This document shows positions 1 through 10,322 of a DNA stretch of 44,404 bases, piece by piece. This DNA is from Candidatus Omnitrophota bacterium (lineage in GTDB: Bacteria > Omnitrophota > Gorgyraeia > Duberdicusellales > 4484-171), in contig CP070807.1 of assembly GCA_020343695.1 (NCBI GenBank), positions 1,320,252 through 1,364,655 on the forward strand, in the 5' to 3' direction. A program made the position numbers and the translations under genes. The notes under the pieces are model-generated. The model saw only the letters and a list, made by a program, of their open reading frames with translations. It had not been told where the DNA came from and ran no database searches. Every line of letters begins with the position of its first letter. Within the stretch, counting starts at the first letter, position 1.

Positions 1-554
1 CTTTTATTGGTTTGTATACAGTTGCCGTCGCAAAAAGAATTGGAAAAGATGGCAAGGTTATTGCTTTTGAACCCGATAAAAAAAATGCAGATGCACTTAA
101 AAAACATCTTAGACTCAATAAAGTTTTTTCAAAAGTAGAGGTTATCAATGCAGCAGTTGGCGATATAAATGGTGTATTAACATTTCATGCGCTATCTAAT
201 GATTATTCACATGTTGCTCTTTTGTCTAATGTAAATGTTGAAAGATGTATTCAGATCCAATCTAAAACGTTGGATAGCGTGTTTCATAATAAGAGGGTAG
301 ATGTTATAAAGATTGACGTTGAAGGGTATGAAGGGAAAGTTCTCCTGGGAGCAAGGAATCTACTCAAAAGAAAAAAAGGATACCCCAGAGCTATTTTTAT
401 TGAAGTTCATCCATATGTGTGGAAGGAGTTGGAAACCACAGCCGAGGAGTTAGTATCTCTATTGACAAACGCAGGTTATAAGGTTGAGAAGATCGATAGA
501 AATTTAGTCGACAAACTTGAACATTATGGAGAAATCGTTGCAGTAAAAGAGTGA
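1..554 (+). CDS. FkbM-family SAM-dependent methyltransferase, 5'-truncated by the window edge
   Basis: The reading frame is open to the window start (..FIG-LYTVAVAK), so the TTG 'start' at 12 is only an ORF-track convention. IAFEPDKKNADAL and VIKIDVEGYEGKVLLGA match the AFEP / [IM]D.EG.E pattern shared with the two paralogues downstream (Methyltransf_21/FkbM type). Confidence 0.8.
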   Translation, partial: FIGLYTVAVAKRIGKDGKVIAFEPDKKNADALKKHLRLNKVFSKVEVINAAVGDINGVLTFHALSNDYSHVALLSNVNVERCIQIQSKTLDSVFHNKRVDVIKIDVEGYEGKVLLGARNLLKRKKGYPRAIFIEVHPYVWKELETTAEELVSLLTNAGYKVEKIDRNLVDKLEHYGEIVAVKE

Positions 555-594
555 CACGAAAAATATTATATACGAAATTGTTGAATAAGAGCAG

Positions 595-1302
595 ATGAAT
601 AGTTTTATTAAGAATAAAATAAAACTTCTACCCTTCTTCTTAGGTAGAAAACAGCGAACAGCAAAGAGTGGTATTTTTCGAGGGTTAAGGATGAAACTCG
701 ATCTGAGGTGCCAGACTCAATTGTATCTTGGCCTTTTTGAGCGCGAAGTATATAAATGGGTTAAGAGACTCTGTGCAGGTATCAATACCGCTGTGGATAT
801 AGGTGCGGGTGAGGGTGAGTATACGCTCTACTTCCTTGCTAAAACTGGCGCTAAGAAAGTTTTCGCATTTGAGCCTTTGGCGGAATGTCGAGCACGCTTG
901 ATGTCCAATCTTAGATTAAATAACCTTGCAGATGAACATCGACTAAAACTTTCTTCAAAATATGTTGGTTCATCAAATAATGAGAGCATGTGCACCCTCG
1001 ATCTACTTTTACCTTCTATTTCACCGCCGTGTTTCATCAAAATAGATGCGGAATATAATGAAGTAGATATCCTTAAGGGTTCTCCCAAGCTTTTAGATTT
1101 ACCTCAAATCAACTGGCTAATCGAGACGCATTCTAAGCAATTAGAGAGGCAATGTGTGGAGATTTTCAGCCGATTGGGCTATAGTACAGTGATTGTACAT
1201 CATGCCTGGTGGAGGTTATTTATTCCCGAAATGAGAAAATCGTCGCATAATCGATGGATGGTGGCTGTAAGAAATGCAGGGATAGAAATGAACCTTTTCT
1301 AA
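595..1302 (+). CDS. FkbM-family methyltransferase
   Basis: VDIGAGEGEYTLYF (SAM-binding glycine loop), VFAFEPLAECRARL and FIKIDAEYNEVDILKGS are FkbM-type signatures. Length is 235 aa. Confidence 0.8.
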   Translation: MNSFIKNKIKLLPFFLGRKQRTAKSGIFRGLRMKLDLRCQTQLYLGLFEREVYKWVKRLCAGINTAVDIGAGEGEYTLYFLAKTGAKKVFAFEPLAECRARLMSNLRLNNLADEHRLKLSSKYVGSSNNESMCTLDLLLPSISPPCFIKIDAEYNEVDILKGSPKLLDLPQINWLIETHSKQLERQCVEIFSRLGYSTVIVHHAWWRLFIPEMRKSSHNRWMVAVRNAGIEMNLF

Positions 1303-1309
1303 AATTTTT

Positions 1310-2476
1310 ATGGTCCGTAGAATTCTCTATATTCAATACACAAACCCCGCCTGTTATCCGTCTCTTGTGCATAGCTCTCATATTTTGGCAAGGCGAGGAT
1401 GGAAGGTGCGGTTTATGGGGATTTACTCTTTTGGTTCATCGAGAAGAATGCGTCTAGAAGAAGAAGAGAACATTACTGTGAAGCTGTTGCCTTACTGTCC
1501 AGAGGGGTGGCTTCAAAAATTTCACTATCTAAGATTTTGTGTATGGACAGTAGCACACCTACTATCTTGGCGGCCGCAATGGGTGTATGTCTCAGACCCT
1601 CTGTCTTGCCCATTAGCGCTCTTTGTAAGCTGTATTCCAGGAATAAAAGTAATCTATCATGAGCATGATTCTCCCAGCGTGGGAATAAACACAGAAGTTT
1701 CGCTTTCAGGCTTTATGAAGGTTGTTTTTTGGGCAAGGAGGAGAGCCGGCCGTTGGGCTCAGGCATGTATTTTCCCGAACGAACAGCGCCTTAAGATATT
1801 TGCGCAGCAGATAGGTGAGAGCAAAACAACACTCTTTTGTGTCTGGAATTGCCCTTCAAAAGAGGATGTGAGCCCTTCAAAAAAACCTCATCCACCCGAA
1901 GGGTTTAAGCTTTATTATCATGGTTCTCTAAGCCAGTGTTATTTTCCTTCTCGGCTGCTAGATGCCTTGGCAATGTTATCTTCAAAAGTAACTCTTAAGA
2001 TAGTAGGGTATGAGACAGTTGGTACGCAAGGGTACACTTCTGATCTACAAGACAGAGCGCGACAATTAGGGATTATCGAGCGTATAGAAATCATGAAACC
2101 TCCTACCTCAAGACATGAGCTCCTTCAGCTGTGTTGCGAGTGCGATGTCGGTTTGGTGCTGGTTCCGCGCACAAGCCAGGACATAAACCACACACACTTA
2201 CGTGGTGCCTCCAATAAGGCGTTTGAGTATCTCGCCTGCGGCTTAGCAACATTGGTATCGGATTTGCCTGGTTGGAGAGAAATGTATGTTGAGGCCGGAT
2301 ATAGCTTGGCGTGTAATCCCGAGGATGTTCAAAGCATTGCAGGCGCTTTACGCTGGTTTTTTGAGCATCCCCTAAAGGTACGCCAGATGGGAGAGAAGGG
2401 CAGACAACGGATACTGCATGAGTGGAATTACGAAAAGCAATTCAGCCCAATTTTAGAATTATTGAACAGAACATAA
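1310..2476 (+). CDS. Glycosyltransferase, GT4-like (GT-B fold)
   Basis: 388 aa. The C-terminal half carries the GT4 donor-binding pattern (NKAFEYLACGLATLVSDLPGWREM.., E-x7-E-like region). Sits in the glycan operon. Confidence 0.75.
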   Translation: MVRRILYIQYTNPACYPSLVHSSHILARRGWKVRFMGIYSFGSSRRMRLEEEENITVKLLPYCPEGWLQKFHYLRFCVWTVAHLLSWRPQWVYVSDPLSCPLALFVSCIPGIKVIYHEHDSPSVGINTEVSLSGFMKVVFWARRRAGRWAQACIFPNEQRLKIFAQQIGESKTTLFCVWNCPSKEDVSPSKKPHPPEGFKLYYHGSLSQCYFPSRLLDALAMLSSKVTLKIVGYETVGTQGYTSDLQDRARQLGIIERIEIMKPPTSRHELLQLCCECDVGLVLVPRTSQDINHTHLRGASNKAFEYLACGLATLVSDLPGWREMYVEAGYSLACNPEDVQSIAGALRWFFEHPLKVRQMGEKGRQRILHEWNYEKQFSPILELLNRT

Positions 2477-2485
2477 ATCGGTGCG

Positions 2486-3358
2486 ATGATTGAGACGATT
2501 TCGAAATTAAAGTACGCAAAAGTAAATTCTCTCTTTGCGCGAAAGATCTTGGGTCTTTACTATAAAGAGAACAAAATTTATACAATTCCTTTTGGACCTT
2601 TACGGAAGATAAAAATGCGATACCATACATCAATCAATTTTCATGTAATGCTTGGACTGTGGGAGTTAGACAATTTCGAAATACTCCAGCGCGTACTGAT
2701 TAAAGGCAAGCTTTTGCGGGATAACGCAGTGATGTGTGATGTGGGGGCCAATATTGGTACGTACTCATTATGGTTTGCAAAGCTTATTTTTCCCAGAGGG
2801 GTCGTGTATGCATTCGAGCCTTCCCCGACAGTAGTCAATATATTCACAGATAACATTTCCATCAATGATTTTTCCAACATTCAATTGATGAAAGTTGTCT
2901 GCTCGGACAGAGTCGGGAATGCCGATTTTTTTATTGGCTACCATCATCACACATCTTCTCTTCAAGTGCAATGGGCAGGCGGCGGTAAGATTACTCCACA
3001 AAAAATAGTATGTGAAGCCACGACGTTAGACCATTTTTTTTATCACGCAGAGGGTAGAGAAGGCCCTGATTTAATAAAGATGGATATTGAAGGGGGTGCG
3101 ACTCTCGCACTCAAAGGAGCTGGTAAGTGCCTTCGAGAGAGACGTCCGCTTCTCCTTATTGAGTCTCATTCGCCCCAGGAAGATTGTGCAATAAGTACCG
3201 CTTTAGTCGACTGTGATTATCATGCGTACAGAGTTAATAATCGTCGATGGGTGAAGCAGCGAAGGCAGATATTTCCTCATCCAGATGGAGTGTGGGGAAC
3301 ATTACTTATATGTCCTGCTGAATTACGTACACATCTATCCCAACTGCTGGATGGATAG
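2486..3358 (+). CDS. FkbM-family methyltransferase
   Basis: CDVGANIGTYSLWFAK, VYAFEPSPTV and LIKMDIEGGATLALKGA are classic FkbM/Methyltransf_21 motifs. Confidence 0.85.
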   Translation: MIETISKLKYAKVNSLFARKILGLYYKENKIYTIPFGPLRKIKMRYHTSINFHVMLGLWELDNFEILQRVLIKGKLLRDNAVMCDVGANIGTYSLWFAKLIFPRGVVYAFEPSPTVVNIFTDNISINDFSNIQLMKVVCSDRVGNADFFIGYHHHTSSLQVQWAGGGKITPQKIVCEATTLDHFFYHAEGREGPDLIKMDIEGGATLALKGAGKCLRERRPLLLIESHSPQEDCAISTALVDCDYHAYRVNNRRWVKQRRQIFPHPDGVWGTLLICPAELRTHLSQLLDG

Positions 3359-3387
3359 TTAACAGAGCAGAAGGTAAGACAAAAGGT

Positions 3388-4575
3388 ATGTCACTCGTAA
3401 TTGTTTCTACTCATCCTATTCAATATCAGGCTCCTGTGTATCGGGCAGTCCAGCAAAATTTCGGCATCCCCGTCACAGTTATTTATGGTTCTGATTTTAG
3501 CATTAAAGGGTATAAAGATAGGGAGTTTGATACGACGTTTGCATGGGATACCGACCTCTTATCCGGATACGCATCGATCTTTCTTTCTCGGATTGAGCAG
3601 GGTAAAGGTTCCAAGGAGAGAGATTCTCAAGGGGGCATTTCTAAGATATTGAGGAGCATCAATCCCCAAGCAGTAATGATTCTCGGCTATAGCCCTTGTT
3701 TTCATCAAAAGGCTTTTTGCCTGGCATGGAGAGCAGGCTATCCAATTCTTTTCCGTGGTGAGACCACAGATCATGCACATAGGCGTAACCCTCTGGCAGC
3801 GTGGATGCGCGATAGAGTATTGCGATGGATGTATAAAAGATGCTTTCGACTCCTGTATGTCGGAAGGCACTCCTATCAGCACTATAAGCGCTTGAGGTGT
3901 CCGGAGGAAAAACTTATATTTTCCCCTTACTGCGTAGACACAGAGCCATTTCAATGTGATGAGGAGGCTCGCTTATGTCTTCGGGGAGGCATCCGTCAGC
4001 AACTTGGGGTAGATGAGAACGACAGGGTTCTTCTCTTTTCAGGGAAGTTAAGCTCACGCAAAGGGGTAGAGTTACTCCTTGAGGCGGTTAAGCACCTACC
4101 TCAACACATACGCGAAAGTGTGACGGTTATGTTGTTAGGGAGCGGAAAATTAAAAAGTGTGTTCCAGGATTTTGCCCAGAACCCACCCACCGTAAAACTT
4201 CATTTTATAGGATTCAAGAATCAATCGGAATTGAGCGGTTACTATCATGCAGCAGATGTTTTGGCGTTGCCGAGCAAGCATTCTGAGACATGGGGACTTG
4301 TTGTCAATGAGGCATTGCACCATGGCCTGCCAGCTGTAGTATCAAGTGCAGTAGGGTGTGCACCGGATTTAATTGAACCAGGCCTCACAGGAGAAATTTT
4401 TCAGACGGGTTCAATGGAGAGCCTCAAGGAAGCATTGCAAAAGATCTTTGCGCGCGTTGGCTCTTTGCAGATGCGCCAACACTGCCGTACGAAAATAGAG
4501 AATTATACTGTAGAGAAAGCAGCAGAGGGTATTGCTCAAGCCTACAAGGATGCGGTAGGTTCCAGTCTCAAATGA
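3388..4575 (+). CDS. Glycosyltransferase family 4
   Basis: LLFSGKLSSRKGVELLLEA ... PSKHSETWGLVVNEALHHGLPAVVSSAVGCAPDLIEPGLTGEIF is a canonical GT4 (Glycos_transf_1) C-terminal domain. Confidence 0.85.
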   Translation: MSLVIVSTHPIQYQAPVYRAVQQNFGIPVTVIYGSDFSIKGYKDREFDTTFAWDTDLLSGYASIFLSRIEQGKGSKERDSQGGISKILRSINPQAVMILGYSPCFHQKAFCLAWRAGYPILFRGETTDHAHRRNPLAAWMRDRVLRWMYKRCFRLLYVGRHSYQHYKRLRCPEEKLIFSPYCVDTEPFQCDEEARLCLRGGIRQQLGVDENDRVLLFSGKLSSRKGVELLLEAVKHLPQHIRESVTVMLLGSGKLKSVFQDFAQNPPTVKLHFIGFKNQSELSGYYHAADVLALPSKHSETWGLVVNEALHHGLPAVVSSAVGCAPDLIEPGLTGEIFQTGSMESLKEALQKIFARVGSLQMRQHCRTKIENYTVEKAAEGIAQAYKDAVGSSLK

Positions 4576-5615
4576 ATCAAAAGAAAAAACCTTTAGAGAT
4601 GCATCGTATTCTTATTGTGGCTCCATTGAAGTATGGAACCACCAGTTTTTCGCGTCTCAAGGCATTAAAGAATATTTTTAAGGCCGTGGAGGCAATAGAT
4701 ATAACACCGTATATCAACAATCTCTCCCTATGGAAGCAGCTTCTTACCAATCATATGTATGTAGGAGGTAATCTATCTTGCATAAATCGAGAGGTTATCA
4801 AAAGATGCGCTAAATTTGGTCCAGATATGCTATGGGTTGATAAAGGGCTTTACGTTTGGCCGCAGACCTTAAAAGACGTAAGACGACGCGGGAGTTTACT
4901 TATTCACTTTAGTCCTGATAACCATATGATACCGAGTAATCAAAACAGTCATTATCGAAACTCCATACCGCTTTATGATATTCATATTACCACAAAGATG
5001 CACAATGTAGAGTGGCTCTTAGAGCACGGTGCTCCTGCGGCGAAATACATAGGGAATGGATTTGATCCAGATATTCATAGGCCGATTACACTCACAGAAA
5101 AAGAATGTGAGGTATTCGGCTGTGACGTGGGTTTTGTGGGGCACTGGGAGCCAGCGAGAGAGGAAGCTCTTTTATGGCTATACAAGAAGGGATATAGGAT
5201 GAAAGTGTGGGGTGGCAACTGGGAGCATGCCCGCCACCGAAAACACCCATTGTTTATTGGTGCCCGGCATCTGGTAGGTGATGAATACACAAAGGCAATT
5301 TGTGGAGCAAAGATTAATCTCTGTTTTCTCTCGCTCTGGCATAAAGACAAGACAACGGATCGTTCTGTTGAAATACCTGCCTGCGGGCAATTTATGCTCG
5401 CGGAACGCAATGAAGAGCATTTGAAGTTTTTTGAAGACGGTATTGAAGCTGAATTTTATGAAAATGATGATGAGATGATTGAAAAGATAAACTATTACCT
5501 AGAGCATGAAGATGAACGCAAGGCAATAGGTCAGTTTGGCCGTAAGCGTTGTTTAGCTGGTTACAGCAATGAAGCACGATTGCGCTCTGTACTACAAGAA
5601 ATTATTCAAGAGTAA
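4572..5615 (+). CDS. CgeB-family / DUF3880-type glycosyltransferase-like protein
   Basis: The start overlaps the upstream stop (ATGA). The C-terminal stretch FMLAERNEEHLKFFEDGIEAEFYENDDEMIEKINYYLEHEDERKAIGQFGRKRCLAGYS resembles the CgeB / Glyco_trans_1_2 family. Confidence 0.6.
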   Translation: MNQKKKPLEMHRILIVAPLKYGTTSFSRLKALKNIFKAVEAIDITPYINNLSLWKQLLTNHMYVGGNLSCINREVIKRCAKFGPDMLWVDKGLYVWPQTLKDVRRRGSLLIHFSPDNHMIPSNQNSHYRNSIPLYDIHITTKMHNVEWLLEHGAPAAKYIGNGFDPDIHRPITLTEKECEVFGCDVGFVGHWEPAREEALLWLYKKGYRMKVWGGNWEHARHRKHPLFIGARHLVGDEYTKAICGAKINLCFLSLWHKDKTTDRSVEIPACGQFMLAERNEEHLKFFEDGIEAEFYENDDEMIEKINYYLEHEDERKAIGQFGRKRCLAGYSNEARLRSVLQEIIQE

Positions 5616-5639
5616 AATAGGCAGGATGAGAAGAGGAAA

Positions 5640-6875
5640 ATGAAAATAGCGATTATTGTTCCTGGCCGTTTTGACGCCTTTGGGTTGGCGCAAGCACTTA
5701 CCCAGCAAGGCCATAAGGTGGGTTTATTCACTAATTATCCAAAATGGGCAGTGAGGCGTTTTGGTGTATGTCCTACCTTGGTCAGAAGTTTCTGGCTGCA
5801 TGGGGTTTTTTCTCGAATAGCATGGTTTTTACGAACGAAGATAAATTTTCCTTACCCAGAGGCCTGGCTCAGTAGAATGTTTGGCAACTGGTCAGCACAA
5901 GCAGTCACAAAGACTTCCTGGGACATTGTACTTTGCTGGAGTGGTGTTTCAGAGGAAATTTTAAGTGCATTGCGCAATACAAAAACACTCAAAATAGTAA
6001 TGCGAGGGTCTTCCCACATTCGTACTCAAGCACGGATTCTCCGAGAAGAGGCTCGACAGTACAACATACCTATTAATTACCCGAGTCAGTGGATAATTGG
6101 CAGAGAAGAGAGAGAATACGCGCTCACTGATTATATAAGAGTGTTATCGACATTTGCCTATAATTCCTTTGTAGATGAGGGAATTCAACCCCAAAAGCTT
6201 CTTCTCATTCCTTCAGCTGTTTCAGTTAGAGACTTTCGCCCTTCTCAAGAAATTATAAAGGCGCGGTGCCTACGGATTGAAAATGGTGCGCCATTGCGCA
6301 TTCTCTATGTAGGCGCTATTTCATTTCGAAAAGGCATAAAGGATATGGTAACAGTTATTAGCGCTCTTAACCCAGAAAGATTTCGCTATCGTTTTGTAGG
6401 ACCAGAGGAGGTGGTTGGAGCTAAAGAAACAAGAAGAGCGTTAAAAGAACTTCGTCATCGGGCAGATATTATTCCCAAGAGGCCCCAACACCAACTCCCA
6501 AAATACTATGCCTGGGCAGACCTTTTTATATTTCCCACTCTTGAGGATGGTTTTGCTGTGGTATTAGCTCAAGCGCAGGCAGCAGGGCTGCCCATTATTG
6601 CTACCGCTAATTGTGCCGCGCCAGATATTATTATAGAAGGAAAGACGGGATGGGTCGTACCTATTCGAACTCCAGAAGCATTTATAGAACGCCTTAAATG
6701 GTGTGACTCACAGCGCAAACAACTTGTACGAATGGTCAATGACGTATATGAAAAATTTCAGCAGAAGGATTGGTCTGATATTGCAAAAGAGTTTGCAAGA
6801 AGGTGCCAAGAGCTCATCCGGAAACATAAGCTAAAACGGATAGGCCACCTATTGTTATATTCAAAAGACAAATGA
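5640..6875 (+). CDS. Glycosyltransferase family 4
   Basis: ILYVGAISFRKGIKDM ... FPTLEDGFAVVLAQAQAAGLPIIATANCAAPDIIIEGKTGWVVP is a GT4 C-terminal domain. Confidence 0.8.
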   Translation: MKIAIIVPGRFDAFGLAQALTQQGHKVGLFTNYPKWAVRRFGVCPTLVRSFWLHGVFSRIAWFLRTKINFPYPEAWLSRMFGNWSAQAVTKTSWDIVLCWSGVSEEILSALRNTKTLKIVMRGSSHIRTQARILREEARQYNIPINYPSQWIIGREEREYALTDYIRVLSTFAYNSFVDEGIQPQKLLLIPSAVSVRDFRPSQEIIKARCLRIENGAPLRILYVGAISFRKGIKDMVTVISALNPERFRYRFVGPEEVVGAKETRRALKELRHRADIIPKRPQHQLPKYYAWADLFIFPTLEDGFAVVLAQAQAAGLPIIATANCAAPDIIIEGKTGWVVPIRTPEAFIERLKWCDSQRKQLVRMVNDVYEKFQQKDWSDIAKEFARRCQELIRKHKLKRIGHLLLYSKDK

Positions 6876-7822
6876 GTACGCAAAAAATTTCTGTAGTGCT
6901 ACCAGTTTTCAATGGGCAACAGTATCTCAGTGAGGCTATAGATTCCGTGCTCACGCAAGAATATACTAATTTTGAATTTTTAATTTGTAACGACGCCTCT
7001 ACCGATAAGAGCGTGGAAATAATTAAGTCAAAGGAAGATGCGCGTATACAATTTATTGAGAACCATACGAATCAAGGTTTGTTTAAGACGCTCAACAGGC
7101 TTATTCAACGTTCTCGCGGTGAATTTGTGCATCTTTGGAGTCATGACGATATCATGAAGCCCCAGTGCCTCAAGACTAAAATTAAATTCTTTCAGTCACA
7201 CCCTTATGTTGGATTCTGTTATTGTGCATTCGATACAATTGATAAGTTTGGGAAGCTCATTGCTGTGGCCAAGAAAGAAACAATGCCTACGGTTGTTTCG
7301 CAAGAGCTGGCTAGGCAGCTACTGGCCTACCACGGTTCCATACCAGGCAACATCGCGAACGTAATGATAAAAAAATCTGTACTTGATGAGCTAGGGCTTT
7401 TTCGTGAGGATATGCAACAGGCTGGTGATTTTGAGATGTGGGCAAGGATAGTAAAGAAATACCCTATAGGTGTTATCCAAGAGCCACTTCTCTATTTACG
7501 TTCACATAGGAATCAGCTCTGTCGCCGTAAAGGTGCGGGGCGCATATTAATTAACGAGCATAAAGAGATTTTTACAGAACTTATGAGGCAACTGCCTCCT
7601 GAAATTGCAGAATACGTCGAAAGATATAGAAAGTGGTATGATCATATCAGATATACTCACTATATGATTCGTTCTTTTCTTTCTGGAGATTTTCAGATCG
7701 TAAAAGAAACCTATAGAGAACTGTGCCAAATAAAGAACCCATTTGTTGCACTGGCAACGTGGTTTATCACCGTAAATGGCCGATTGTTTAAAAAGAAACC
7801 GAAGTTTTATCTGTCTGCATGA
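6872..7822 (+). CDS. Glycosyltransferase family 2
   Basis: ISVVLPVFNGQQYLSEAIDSVLTQEYTNFEFLICNDASTDKS plus the downstream HDD/ED region give a GT-A/GT2 N-terminal signature. ATGA overlap with the upstream gene. Confidence 0.85.
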   Translation: MSTQKISVVLPVFNGQQYLSEAIDSVLTQEYTNFEFLICNDASTDKSVEIIKSKEDARIQFIENHTNQGLFKTLNRLIQRSRGEFVHLWSHDDIMKPQCLKTKIKFFQSHPYVGFCYCAFDTIDKFGKLIAVAKKETMPTVVSQELARQLLAYHGSIPGNIANVMIKKSVLDELGLFREDMQQAGDFEMWARIVKKYPIGVIQEPLLYLRSHRNQLCRRKGAGRILINEHKEIFTELMRQLPPEIAEYVERYRKWYDHIRYTHYMIRSFLSGDFQIVKETYRELCQIKNPFVALATWFITVNGRLFKKKPKFYLSA

Positions 7823-7862
7823 ATATCGAAAGGCAAATACCAGCTACAGTTGGTAAGATACT

Positions 7863-9203
7863 ATGGAAGCCAATAGCGCAATGAGAGGGTGGTTAATTGT
7901 ATGGATTGTGGTCGTTGGGTTGATAGGGTTTGCCCTCTCAAGGAAGTCTGTGAGAAAAACTACTCCCAGCGTTGGTTTAACCATTGCTTTTCTAGCTCAC
8001 CTTACAATATTACATTGGTTTGGGGCATTCATTCATACTTTACCATGGTATTATACACCAGATGATTCTTATTTTGTTGAATTAGGTTTTGTTCAAAGCG
8101 TATATGGCGTTGTTGCATTTGGCTTTGGTTGCCTCATTCTCTCTCCCTTTCTTTTTAATCTTTTTGGGTTTTCATGGCTAAGAGAACGCCCCTTTATACC
8201 CCACCCGCGTTTACCCAGAGTGTATATGATTACAGGACTTATTTTTTATTCTGTACTGGAGCCAATAATAGGCGATATCCCTTCCATCCGTACATTTGTG
8301 TATTCAGGATGGAATCTTCTCATTGTAGGTATATGTCTTAAGTGTTGGGCGTCATGGCAGGCTAACAACAAGAAAGCTCTCATGCGGTGGCTCATAATAG
8401 CAGGATTGTTTCCATTCTTCACTATGGTTACACAAGGTTTTTTGGGTGTGGGGATGGGGGTATTGTTGGTGATTTTAGTTTTTGTGTCCAGTTTCTATCG
8501 TCCTCGCTGGAGAACTATCGTAGGCGCAGTGATAATTATGTATTTAGGCCTTTCTTTTTATGTAAATTACATGAGCAGTAGAGATGAACTTCGGGAACGA
8601 GTGTGGGGCGGAGAGGAGTTACCTTCCAGAGTGGAAGTTATATCAGATATGGTAGGAAATTTCGAAGCTCTCGATATTCACAATGAGGAACATCTTGGAC
8701 ATCTCGATGGTAGAATCAATCTAAATTTTCTAGTAGGCGCTGCCGTAGATTATTTGAAAAGTGGTGGTGCAGAGTATGCCCGAGGTGAGACAATTTGGCA
8801 ATCTCTTTTAGCAATGATTCCTCGAATCCTCTGGTCTGAAAAACCCATTGTAATGGGAGGCTCGGAAATGGTAGCCAAATATACCGGTATGCATTTTGCA
8901 GAGGGCACAAGTGTGGCGATGGGGTTGGTAATGGATTTCTATGTGAACTTTAGTACGGTAGGTGTAGTAATTGGTTTTATTATACTAGGCGTTGTCCTTC
9001 GTTTTCTTGATGTAATTGCCGCACGTCGTCTGAATCAAGGGGACTGGCAAGGATTCACATTCTGGTATTTACCTGGGCTGAGTTTTATGGGAGAACCGCA
9101 TCTATTCCAGATTACTATGACAATGGCCTCAAGCATAGTTTTTTGTATTTTTGTAAATAAATATATTTTGCCACGTTTTGCAGGGAAAAGAGTATCCCAG
9201 TAA
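7863..9203 (+). CDS. Polytopic membrane protein, putative Wzy-type repeat-unit polymerase
   Basis: About 10 or more hydrophobic segments with one large hydrophilic loop (approximately residues 240-330). Located among the GT genes. No strong sequence motif, so the call rests on topology and context. Confidence 0.45.
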   Translation: MEANSAMRGWLIVWIVVVGLIGFALSRKSVRKTTPSVGLTIAFLAHLTILHWFGAFIHTLPWYYTPDDSYFVELGFVQSVYGVVAFGFGCLILSPFLFNLFGFSWLRERPFIPHPRLPRVYMITGLIFYSVLEPIIGDIPSIRTFVYSGWNLLIVGICLKCWASWQANNKKALMRWLIIAGLFPFFTMVTQGFLGVGMGVLLVILVFVSSFYRPRWRTIVGAVIIMYLGLSFYVNYMSSRDELRERVWGGEELPSRVEVISDMVGNFEALDIHNEEHLGHLDGRINLNFLVGAAVDYLKSGGAEYARGETIWQSLLAMIPRILWSEKPIVMGGSEMVAKYTGMHFAEGTSVAMGLVMDFYVNFSTVGVVIGFIILGVVLRFLDVIAARRLNQGDWQGFTFWYLPGLSFMGEPHLFQITMTMASSIVFCIFVNKYILPRFAGKRVSQ

Positions 9204-9215
9204 AAATATCTTATT

Positions 9216-10322
9216 ATGAGAAAAGTCATGGTTTTATATGCCGACCTTTTTAATCTTGGAGGAATCCAAAAATATAATCGACATCTATGCGACGCCCTCG
9301 AGACTATATTTAGTGAGTATGAATTTTTAGCTTTATCTATGTGTGACTCCAAAAAGAATCAGTTTAAACATTGGCGCAATATTAAGATATGGTTTTGTGG
9401 CCACCTAAATTTAAAATTTATTAGAAATTTTTTATTTATTCTTAAAACCCTGTTAGTAGCCCTTAGAGAAAAACCCACTTTTTTAATCTGTGCCCATGTT
9501 AATCTATCGCCTCTCGCGTTATTTTTTAAGAAAATGTGTGGTTTAAAGTATGCAGTTTTAACACACGGAGTTGATGTGTGGGGTTTAACTAGAGGCTTAC
9601 GATACCAAGGCCTCAAATGTGCGGATGTCATCACGGCAGTGAGTAATTATACAAAAAGCCGGATGGTCGCAAACGGCATTGATGAGCACAAAATAGAACT
9701 TCTACAGAATACTATCGATACATCTTGTTTCTACCCCCAGGCTCCAAACAGGAGCCTCTTAAGACAGCTGCGCCTTGAGAATAAACGCGTGTTGTTAACC
9801 GTGGGAAGAATAAGTTCCCAAGAGAGGTATAAAGGGCACAACAGCATGCTCCATATACTGAAAAAACTTCCCGAAGACTATGTCTGGATAGTGATTGGCG
9901 ATGGGGACGATGTGTCGGGCTTGCAGCAGAAAGCGCAAAAGTTTGGTGCCATTCATAGGGTAAGATTTTTGAGAAGCGTTGAGAATGAACGGCTCATTGA
10001 TTATTATAATCTGTGCAATATTTTTGTTATGCCAAGCAAAGGAGAAGGGTTTGGAATAGTATTCCTTGAGGCGATGGCCTGCGGGAAACCCGTGATTGGG
10101 GGAAACAAAGATGGCAGCACAGAGCCATTGATGAACGGAAAACTCGGATTTTTAGTTGACCCAGATGATGAAAAAGAAATAATAGAGGCAATTCGATTAG
10201 CCTCTGAGAGTAATGAGGAGAGGACCAATCCGGGTTATTTAAGAAGTCAGGTTGATGCATTCTTTGGGTTAGACGTTTTTCGTAGGAGAGTGAAGGAAAT
10301 TTTTGAGAAACAACCCTTATGA
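9216..10322 (+). CDS. Glycosyltransferase family 4
   Basis: LLTVGRISSQERYKGH ... MPSKGEGFGIVFLEAMACGKPVIGGNKDGSTEPL is a GT4 signature. Confidence 0.85.
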   Translation: MRKVMVLYADLFNLGGIQKYNRHLCDALETIFSEYEFLALSMCDSKKNQFKHWRNIKIWFCGHLNLKFIRNFLFILKTLLVALREKPTFLICAHVNLSPLALFFKKMCGLKYAVLTHGVDVWGLTRGLRYQGLKCADVITAVSNYTKSRMVANGIDEHKIELLQNTIDTSCFYPQAPNRSLLRQLRLENKRVLLTVGRISSQERYKGHNSMLHILKKLPEDYVWIVIGDGDDVSGLQQKAQKFGAIHRVRFLRSVENERLIDYYNLCNIFVMPSKGEGFGIVFLEAMACGKPVIGGNKDGSTEPLMNGKLGFLVDPDDEKEIIEAIRLASESNEERTNPGYLRSQVDAFFGLDVFRRRVKEIFEKQPL

